The notes beneath the pieces are model-generated. The model saw only the letters and a program-made list of their open reading frames with translations, did no database searches and was not told the origin of the DNA. A stretch of DNA of 64,000 bases, from positions 8,077 through 72,076 of IMG/VR virus record IMGVR_UViG_3300030419_002557; one strand, 5' to 3'. Position numbers and translations under genes: made by a program. This stretch comes from a virus. Shown here piece after piece: positions 56,642-64,000 of the stretch (positions within the stretch are counted from its first letter, which is position 1; every line of letters begins with the position of its first letter).

Positions 56642-58732
56642 ATGAAAACTACAAAGTTACAGTTCGCTCCTCTTCGTGGGATTGACAATTCCTGGCGGCC
56701 AAGCGCCTCGCCTCAGAAAGCTCGTCGCATTCGTGACATGTTGTTCAACGATAAAGACGCCTGGCAGAACTCTGGTGGGTACAAGGCGCTTATTCCAGAC
56801 GACATCGAGGGCCCTGCTTGGATTAGCTTTGATGAGATTGAAAGCGTGCATTGGTATTCAGAGCATTCTGGGAACAGGCAGCACCTGATTTTTGAGGGCA
56901 AAGACTCTACTGATATGCGTCTTTACCTGTTTGACGGCAGCAAAGCCGGAACTCAGAAGTGGCGACCAATGATGATGTCTGATGGAACTCAGGTTCCCGC
57001 TCGAAGTGAATCGGACGCTCCGCACTTGAGAACAACTTCTGTGGCTCAAAATGGTCGAATCTATTTGTTTAATGGCAAAGACCCACCATTAGTTTTCAAT
57101 GGCAGATACGCTGAGACGGCTGGTTTTGATGCTGGGCCAGCCGCTCCAAGTGGAGAGTCTCTTCGGGCGTCCAAGACAGGCATTGCAGAGCTTGGATTAG
57201 GAAGAAAGCCTTACGCAGGTTCTACTGCTCCAGAACCTGACGACCCAATTCGAAAGTGGGGGTATCGATACAAAGTAACTTTTGTCAACGAAAGAGGACA
57301 GGAGTCCCCTCCCTCCGAGCCATCTAAGACGGTAACAGGATCTAACGATGAAAATGGATTCCGAACAATGGCTATTCTTTCCATACCGCGTGGCGGGGAT
57401 GGTGTTGTAGCACGAAGAATCTACAGAACCCGCCAAGTCATGGATAGTGATGGCGACCTGCTTAGTAGGTCGATTGGTTCTAATTTTTATTTCCATACTG
57501 AAATCACCAACAACGTGCAGACTACTTTTGAAGATTGTTTGCAAGATGCGTTTCTTGGCCCACTGCTAGATGAAGATGACTTTGGTGCGTGGCCTCCTCG
57601 CGCAACCATGGGTGCGTCATTTAAGAACCGCTTGTTCTTGGCGGGAGCGAACAGTTCGGACGTGCAGTTTTCCGCACAGTTGAGGCCCGAAATATTTCCG
57701 GTAGATAATGTTCTTAGCTTCGGCCAGGACGAGTGTGGCCCGATTACCGGCCTCTATACTACCCAAAACGCTTTGTTGGTCTTTAAGCAGCGCGGAGTCT
57801 TCTTGATTAAGTCCCAGCAGACTCAAGACGGAACAACCTTCTTTACGCAAAACATTTCAAAAGACATCGGGTGCATTGCTCCAAACTCTATCGCGGAGGT
57901 TCCTGGCATTGGAATCATGTTCCTTAGTATGGAGGGTGTTTACGCTATTGACGGCTCTTTAGAAAATGTTGGTGCAAAAACAAGCCTGATTAGGTACTCC
58001 ACCCCTATTCCTGACTTGGTTGGTAGAATCAACAATGCCGCATCGATTCAAGCTTGTGGAAGGTATTACCCAAAAGACAAAGAGTATTGGCTCGCTGTGC
58101 CTGTTGATGGAAGCGATAAGAACAACTTTGTTCTCGTGTACCACGGCGCTGTGGGCTCTTGGTCTTTTAGGGAAAACTTTCCGATTGCGGACGCAATCAT
58201 AACCCAAGACCATCGTGGCTATTTCATTTTTGGATCCAACGACTCCAGCAATAAGGGCCTGCACGTTTACACTCTCGGAGCCTCTACCAAAGGGACCGCC
58301 GCGATTGAGCCATTGTGGGAGACGACCGATATTGATTTTAATGGCCCGTTTGCAGCCTTTAATCCAAAGTATGTTGTTTGTGATGTGGTCGGGTATGGAG
58401 ACAATGATTTTGAATTGAGCTACCAAATCAATCGAAACATTACATACGTCGAGTCTGCAAAGTCAGTAGACCAGCAGGACCTGACTAACGTCTATTCTGT
58501 GTACGATACGGCAACGTGGTCTACGAGTTCTTTGTGGTATGAGCACCGCCCTATTCCTATTCGGTTTGACATTACAACCTCTGGCCAGCCCGCATGTCGT
58601 GAGCTTCGCCTGACGTTTGAGTCTTCTGGAAGAAGAATGCAGATTCTAATGTTTCAGATCGGCGTTGTTGCTGGCGCGGCTTACGAGAAAGTGATCCCCA
58701 TCAGTTCGGTTGTAGAGGAGCAAAGAGGATAA
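56642..58732 (+). CDS. Tail tubular/nozzle (DNA stabilization) protein
   Basis: 696 aa; FKNRLFLAG, ITGL...LLVFK, DIGCIAPNSI, FLSMEGVY as in P22 gp10/T7 gp12-like proteins. Confidence 0.8.
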   Translation: MKTTKLQFAPLRGIDNSWRPSASPQKARRIRDMLFNDKDAWQNSGGYKALIPDDIEGPAWISFDEIESVHWYSEHSGNRQHLIFEGKDSTDMRLYLFDGSKAGTQKWRPMMMSDGTQVPARSESDAPHLRTTSVAQNGRIYLFNGKDPPLVFNGRYAETAGFDAGPAAPSGESLRASKTGIAELGLGRKPYAGSTAPEPDDPIRKWGYRYKVTFVNERGQESPPSEPSKTVTGSNDENGFRTMAILSIPRGGDGVVARRIYRTRQVMDSDGDLLSRSIGSNFYFHTEITNNVQTTFEDCLQDAFLGPLLDEDDFGAWPPRATMGASFKNRLFLAGANSSDVQFSAQLRPEIFPVDNVLSFGQDECGPITGLYTTQNALLVFKQRGVFLIKSQQTQDGTTFFTQNISKDIGCIAPNSIAEVPGIGIMFLSMEGVYAIDGSLENVGAKTSLIRYSTPIPDLVGRINNAASIQACGRYYPKDKEYWLAVPVDGSDKNNFVLVYHGAVGSWSFRENFPIADAIITQDHRGYFIFGSNDSSNKGLHVYTLGASTKGTAAIEPLWETTDIDFNGPFAAFNPKYVVCDVVGYGDNDFELSYQINRNITYVESAKSVDQQDLTNVYSVYDTATWSTSSLWYEHRPIPIRFDITTSGQPACRELRLTFESSGRRMQILMFQIGVVAGAAYEKVIPISSVVEEQRG

Positions 58733-59385
58733 TGGCTTGGCGATACATACAACGAGACTTCCAGGCGGGGGACATTCTTGATCCTGAAGACTGGAATCAA
58801 AACGTCAGGGAGTACATAGAGGAGATTAACGGTGCCCTGGACCGCGACAACATTCCAACAGCTTCTGTTGTTGTTGGTGAAGAAGTTGCCTCTGAGACCT
58901 TCAATGCCTTTGTGTCTGATGGTTTGAGTTCTACCCAAGAGTTGGAGATGGACACCACGTCTTTCCAAGACATTGATATGACAGTCAATCTCACTGCTGT
59001 GTCTGACGAGCTTTTAATCTGCGAAACGTCGATTCAGTTTGATACTGCCGATCCGACACAGACTTATAATGGTACAAACTATGATGACGGGTACGTCAAG
59101 TTTACGACAGGCACACTCCGTGACTGGCTTCGTTATGAATTCATAATGACGCTGGACGGTTACCAAATAGCATATGCAGGCCCCTTCACGGCTTATCACA
59201 AAAGACAGCCTGTCTATATGGTAGGAGCATTACCTGTTGAGGCCGGGGCTCATGCCGTGAGATGTGCTGTCCGGCTTTTTGCTGCGAAGGATGGTGGGGA
59301 TACAGTCACCTGGGATTCAAGCGCCCAAGACTTTTCTCCACGAATTGAGAAAGGCCAACTGATTGTCAACAGGAGAAAGCGATGA
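58732..59385 (+). CDS. Tail structural protein
   Basis: FQAGDILDPEDWNQN...INGALDRDNI fibre-anchor-like N-terminus. Confidence 0.6.
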   Translation: MAWRYIQRDFQAGDILDPEDWNQNVREYIEEINGALDRDNIPTASVVVGEEVASETFNAFVSDGLSSTQELEMDTTSFQDIDMTVNLTAVSDELLICETSIQFDTADPTQTYNGTNYDDGYVKFTTGTLRDWLRYEFIMTLDGYQIAYAGPFTAYHKRQPVYMVGALPVEAGAHAVRCAVRLFAAKDGGDTVTWDSSAQDFSPRIEKGQLIVNRRKR

Positions 59386-60083
59386 GCAAGATTTCTTTTA
59401 CTCCGATACAGCCTGGTGACGCAGCTTCTATTACTTCACCAAATAGCCTTATGTCGGCCACCGCTACAGCGACGGCGGCCATAAATGGCGAAAATGTTCG
59501 ACCAGAAGGAATCGATGAAAGGAACTTGACCTTTCCTCTGATTGCTACTGAAACCGCCACATCTCATGACAGGCGTGTAAATCTTGGTTCGGGAACGCTG
59601 GGCAGTTGGGTGCAGATACCACAAGGCAGCACTTGGATCGGCACTGGAACCTCCGCGACCTTCAGTGCAGGAGCACCGTTTACCCTTACTCTCGGCTCAA
59701 CTTATAGCTACGCTATTATCAGGTATTCATTTGAAGCAGTCATCGAGGGTCGAGTAGGAAGCGGAAACTTTGTAAATGAAGATGTTGGTTTTGCCCTTTA
59801 TCGAGATGGCTCTCGTTTGACGGCCACAGAGCGCCATGTACAAAACGCAGTGGCAAACTCAGCGGCTGCCACAACCAGCGGAGCGTGCCGATCCGTGCAA
59901 AGCGTAAACATCATTTTCCACCATTCCCTTAATGGCACATATACTTTTGATCTTCGCTACCACATCGACAACCACGGGCATGGTACGCTGAATCCAGACG
60001 TAACAAACATTGGCTTCATTTCATCTGTAGATGAAGCCGTTGTAGTCAAAAGGCTTTTTGCATCCGTAATTAAATACAAGTGA
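59382..60083 (+). CDS. Tail structural protein
   Basis: Similar N-terminus (PGD...INGENVRPEGID), beta-rich. Confidence 0.55.
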   Translation: MSKISFTPIQPGDAASITSPNSLMSATATATAAINGENVRPEGIDERNLTFPLIATETATSHDRRVNLGSGTLGSWVQIPQGSTWIGTGTSATFSAGAPFTLTLGSTYSYAIIRYSFEAVIEGRVGSGNFVNEDVGFALYRDGSRLTATERHVQNAVANSAAATTSGACRSVQSVNIIFHHSLNGTYTFDLRYHIDNHGHGTLNPDVTNIGFISSVDEAVVVKRLFASVIKYK

Positions 60084-60086
60084 ACT

Positions 60087-60869
60087 ATGGCTTTTACAAA
60101 CACACCATTTGTTGATGGAAACGCGATTACTGAAGCGGACCTTAAAGGTCGTATTGAGAACTTTGAAACCTACCTGAATGGTGGTGTAAGCTCGGCTGAC
60201 TTGTCTCATGGTATGTGGGTTAAAAAAGAGCACATTCTAAGGCCTGAGTTCCGTGGCGGGTCAGATGACCGCGCAGAGTTCTGCACCGGAACGGCACGCT
60301 ACAGGATTCACGGCCCGGATTCTGCTGGCTGTGAAGTCTTCCATGCTGAGGCGCGTGGCGGCGGAGGAAGATCGGGCTCAGAAAACTGGGAGCCAGTCAA
60401 TGGCCTCAATGTAACCATTAAGGCTTATCGGCCAATGACTGTGATTTACATGGCAAGCTGGTGGGCGTGGGAAACAGGGTCTAACTATTCAAATCAAAAC
60501 AACTCAGCGTCGGGCGTTTTATACGGAGAGAGCATCAACAATGCTAGTAATGTGTGTGCTCATTTTGGATTGTTCTCTCAAAAAAACGATGGGTCATCGT
60601 TGACATACCACAATCAAACACGACGCAGTTTGTATCCCAGCCCTAACATTGCAACAGACCAAGTAAACACTGACATTTCTGGTTACATTCAAAGCACTGC
60701 AAAACAGATGTCGATTCATCACGTTTTTGATCTTACTGCTGGGATTTGGAATGTCGGCATTCGCTGTCACGCCCAAGATCAGGGCTCTAGTGCGGGTGAC
60801 CACAGTCAAAACATCTTCATCCGTTCTCGCTCATGCGTTGTTGACGCCCATTTCAATTCGGCAACCTGA
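60087..60869 (+). CDS. Tail structural protein
   Basis: FVDGNAITEADL...YLNGGV N-terminus like the two upstream genes. Confidence 0.55.
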   Translation: MAFTNTPFVDGNAITEADLKGRIENFETYLNGGVSSADLSHGMWVKKEHILRPEFRGGSDDRAEFCTGTARYRIHGPDSAGCEVFHAEARGGGGRSGSENWEPVNGLNVTIKAYRPMTVIYMASWWAWETGSNYSNQNNSASGVLYGESINNASNVCAHFGLFSQKNDGSSLTYHNQTRRSLYPSPNIATDQVNTDISGYIQSTAKQMSIHHVFDLTAGIWNVGIRCHAQDQGSSAGDHSQNIFIRSRSCVVDAHFNSAT

Positions 60870-61546
60870 TGGCTTGGAAGGGAGGGTTTTCGGTAAAGTC
60901 TGTTGATCCGGCAGATCTTCAAGAGTTGGTTGAAGATTTAGAATCCGCAAGCATGCGGAAATCCAGGGTTGCTGCTCGCGACATTCCTACTGGGACAATT
61001 CAAAAAAGTTCGCTATCAAACGACTTACAGCAAGAACTCGATAATAGCCAGCAGCTTGCTTTGCGTGCCAACAGCCCGGTCCAAATGGCTGGCTCTATTC
61101 CAAAGCAGGCGCTTTCAGTAGAGCTACAGCATGACATTGATAACAGCGAAGGTCTCGCTGTAATGGCCAACAGCCCGGTCCAAATGGCTGGCTCTATTCC
61201 TGCCGCAGCGGCAGACCTTACAGACGATTGGTCGTTTAAGAGACTTGGTCTTCATGTAGGCACAACCATCTCTTCTTCTGGCAGCGTATCTGTTGGTGCA
61301 GGGACATTCTATTTAGTCGCTACCGCCGGAGGGCATGTCACGGTTGGGTTGCCTGCCGCTGCTACTTGCACCAACATGGTGCTAAGTTTTAAAAAACTGA
61401 CCGCTGCAAACAACATGATCTTAGATCCGAATAGCTCTGAGACCATTGACGGAGCAACGACTAAAACCTTTAGTGATCAATGGTCATGGGTTACTATTAT
61501 TTCGAACGGTACTAACTGGTTTATCATTTCTCAGGGGAATCCATAA
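60869..61546 (+). CDS. Tail fibre-like protein with internal 33-aa duplication
   Basis: VTVGLPAA, ETIDG, ISNGTNW; ANSPVQMAGSIP twice (35-bp exact repeat at 61067 and 61166). Confidence 0.7.
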   Translation: MAWKGGFSVKSVDPADLQELVEDLESASMRKSRVAARDIPTGTIQKSSLSNDLQQELDNSQQLALRANSPVQMAGSIPKQALSVELQHDIDNSEGLAVMANSPVQMAGSIPAAAADLTDDWSFKRLGLHVGTTISSSGSVSVGAGTFYLVATAGGHVTVGLPAAATCTNMVLSFKKLTAANNMILDPNSSETIDGATTKTFSDQWSWVTIISNGTNWFIISQGNP

Positions 61547-62040
61547 TGTCTGAAGGATATGGCGGCACTGGACTCACTGAGGAGCAGAAAAAGAAGTACG
61601 GTGACCCGGACGCGAAGTGGTGGCAACCATCCGACACAGGAACCGATCAGCTTAAGGCCGGTTTTAAGGGTGGTGTCGAGATGGGCACCACAGGGGCAAC
61701 CATTGGCGGGGCTTTTGGTCCAGTGGGCGCAGCTATCGGTGCTGGAATAGGGTTTCTGGTGGGATCAGTTGCTGGCCATTTGGCCTATGATGAAGACGCA
61801 GAACAGCAAAGAATCATTAATGAAAACAAGAGCAGGCGCAAAGCGGAAGACGCAGCAAGGGCCGAGGCTGACGCCGCAGCGACTGCAAGTAAAAGTGCAG
61901 GGGGCACACGGATACAAGCGCTTCCTCCTGCGCCATCGGATGAGAGCGTTCTAATGGGAAGCATGCCAACCACTGCCGGTGCAGCCATGCCAATGGACCC
62001 ATATCGTAGAACAGTGATGAACAAGTTTGGATGGAGTTGA
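61546..62040 (+). CDS. Glycine-zipper internal virion (ejection) protein
   Basis: GATIGGAFGPVGAAIGAGIGFLVG then coiled coil. Confidence 0.7.
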   Translation: MSEGYGGTGLTEEQKKKYGDPDAKWWQPSDTGTDQLKAGFKGGVEMGTTGATIGGAFGPVGAAIGAGIGFLVGSVAGHLAYDEDAEQQRIINENKSRRKAEDAARAEADAAATASKSAGGTRIQALPPAPSDESVLMGSMPTTAGAAMPMDPYRRTVMNKFGWS

Positions 62041-62041
62041 A

Positions 62042-63331
62042 ATGCCCTACGACGAATACGGAAATTTTATCCCGACCTATGACCCGTACAGTATGGTTGG
62101 TAGCGATGTTATGGCGACGGATCCGATGGCAAGACTTGAGGCTCTTCGGGGCCGTCTTCCACAGCACCGTCAACGAGCGTTTGAGGCACGATCCGACAAA
62201 GCCTTTCAAGACATTATGGCCCAACCTCAGCAGGATCGATATGACAGCATGGGTCGATTGATTTCTGAGTTTGATGTCACGCCTGGTGAGGACGATCTCG
62301 ATTTCTTTCCGGCACAGCCAGCACAGCCAGCACAGCCGGGGTACATGGGTCAAGATCCTTCGCCCGGAATGCCTGGCCCTGCGGCGGTGAATATCGGCGG
62401 CTTGAGGTTGTCGCCTGAGCAATTTACGCAAATGTACACTGACGCTGAAGTTCGATCAGTAGACGAAGGACTCCAGCCCGGAACGGCAGCGCTCCCCACT
62501 CACCCTGGAAAAGATCCAAACGCGCCTGACCCAGCGACTGGAAAGCGGAGACCTCTAACCCTTACCCAGGAGCAAGCTCTTGGACAAACCCCCGGTCCTA
62601 CGCAGGAACCGCCAATGTCTTTTGCTGAAGCGGACAAAAGGGCGCGAGGAAAGGCCCTCGGATGGCAGATGGCTGGAGCCCTAGGGCTTGGTGTGGCTCA
62701 GACCGTAATGGACTACATCCCTACGGATGCCGAGACTCAAGCTAAGGAGTGGAAAGAACAGTGGGCCGGGGACGCTCCAGAGAAAGAGGGGGAACGCCAA
62801 GCGCAAGAATACCGTGAGAAAGTCCGAGCACAGGTGAACAGGCGTCTTGCCATGGGTCGTGAAAGCCAAGAAGACATTCAAGCATCAATGGGTGATTACG
62901 ATGCTGGCTCGCAACAGGACATTCGTGATGCGGTAATGAGGGCGTATGTCGAGAACGAGGCAGATCTTGAGAAAAATGCACGGGAGATTGCGGATCGGGT
63001 AGCAGACGAAAAGAGGGGAATGTACAACTCAGCAATTTCGTACATTTCTCAACTACAGTCTCAACGCATGAAAAACCTTCAAGCGACACTTAGTAACTTT
63101 GCTCCAATCGCGGCTCAGTTTGCTGTAAACAAAGGCGTTCGAGCATTGGATGACCGCATTGCCCAGCTTGATCCAGAGTTTCAAGAGATGTTCTACGATC
63201 TTTCAGCAGGGGCAACAGATACGTCGCAACTGGCGAGACTGTACGCATACTCTGAACGCCAGAATGATGCAGCGAGAGCGAGGGCACAGCAAAACAGCCA
63301 GAACCAAGCAACTTTGCAGAATGAGGCGTAG
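62042..63331 (+). CDS. Putative internal virion (ejection) protein
   Basis: GGAG RBS; Q/A/R-rich helical; position after glycine-zipper gene. Confidence 0.6.
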   Translation: MPYDEYGNFIPTYDPYSMVGSDVMATDPMARLEALRGRLPQHRQRAFEARSDKAFQDIMAQPQQDRYDSMGRLISEFDVTPGEDDLDFFPAQPAQPAQPGYMGQDPSPGMPGPAAVNIGGLRLSPEQFTQMYTDAEVRSVDEGLQPGTAALPTHPGKDPNAPDPATGKRRPLTLTQEQALGQTPGPTQEPPMSFAEADKRARGKALGWQMAGALGLGVAQTVMDYIPTDAETQAKEWKEQWAGDAPEKEGERQAQEYREKVRAQVNRRLAMGRESQEDIQASMGDYDAGSQQDIRDAVMRAYVENEADLEKNAREIADRVADEKRGMYNSAISYISQLQSQRMKNLQATLSNFAPIAAQFAVNKGVRALDDRIAQLDPEFQEMFYDLSAGATDTSQLARLYAYSERQNDAARARAQQNSQNQATLQNEA

Positions 63332-63339
63332 GAGACATC

Positions 63340-64000
63340 ATGGCTTTTAAAACAATTCAGCCGATGCACTCTCGGCAGACGTTTGCCCACCTTGAGGGAC
63401 AGGAACAAAGACCCAACTTTTTTCTTCGCTACCTGCATGATCGCATTCGCTTAACAGACGCCAAACGCAAGGAGCGAGCACAGCACGAGCTAAACGCTTT
63501 ATCTCAAGATGAGCGGCGCTGGAAGGACGAGGAGATTCGTCTTCGGCAGAACATTACAAACCTTCGCCGGTCTCTTTTGAATCGCGAACAAGCTTGGTTG
63601 TCACGTTCTCACAAAGACGAGCGCAACTCAAGCTCTGTACGAATAGCAGAAGGAGCCTCTGGAGGAAGCGCAGGCTCAGATCTCGCAGACCTTCGATCAA
63701 AACAACGGCGGGATGCTAACAAACAACAATCCGACTGGAACACAGCCTTTGGGCAGGTGCAGCAAGGGGAGCAAACTTGGACCGATAGGGGCGGCAGCTT
63801 TCGCACTGAAATAGGCAGCTTGCTTGGCTCTTTAGGAGACAGGCTTTGGCGTATAGATGACGGTGAAAGACAAAAAGAACTTCTAAACGCCTACAAGATT
63901 TTAAACAACGGCACAGCCCCCCGAGCTAACGGGCCCAATGGCGCTTCTTTTGTTGAGGCTTATAAATGGATTAAGAAAACCCATGGGGATGATGCGGCTC
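63340..64000 (+). CDS. Putative internal virion protein, 3'-truncated; not in ORF track
   Basis: AGGAG RBS, MAFKTIQPMHSRQ..., frame open to window end. Confidence 0.6.
   Translation, partial: MAFKTIQPMHSRQTFAHLEGQEQRPNFFLRYLHDRIRLTDAKRKERAQHELNALSQDERRWKDEEIRLRQNITNLRRSLLNREQAWLSRSHKDERNSSSVRIAEGASGGSAGSDLADLRSKQRRDANKQQSDWNTAFGQVQQGEQTWTDRGGSFRTEIGSLLGSLGDRLWRIDDGERQKELLNAYKILNNGTAPRANGPNGASFVEAYKWIKKTHGDDAA

Noticed and set aside
58886-58893. GTTGCCTC copy in the tail region
   Set aside because: Antisense inside a late CDS with no start codon; consistent with chance
1-64000. CRISPR array, integrase, reverse transcriptase/DGR, stop-codon reassignment
   Set aside because: No regular repeat-spacer array, no recombinase or RT motifs recognised, and genes tile well under the standard code with all three stops

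Overview
The whole window is a tailed dsDNA bacteriophage (podovirus-like virion gene set; the genome extends past both window ends; no integrase seen). Left to right: the C-terminal ~2,940 aa of a giant internal-virion/polyvalent protein, tail-accessory and lysis genes including a tandem DUF2589-like pair (8.9-17.3 kb, +); RecT/YqaJ recombination, an XRE regulator, RuvC-like resolvase, replication initiator, DnaB and tRNA-Asn (17.3-23.4 kb); a long leftward array of small early genes, most preceded by GAGGCAAC-(N1-3)-ATG (23.5-37.1 kb); an ~800-nt non-coding stretch rich in UNCG/GNRA-capped hairpins behind its own sigma70-like promoter, a candidate large structured RNA (37.2-38.0 kb), flanked by tandem DnaA boxes and a G-tract junction; adenine methyltransferase and SSB; then terminase, portal, scaffold, capsid, adaptor, transglycosylase, tail and ejection genes (41.7-64 kb, +). 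All calls come from motifs, gene order and reading by eye; no database searches or folding programs were run.
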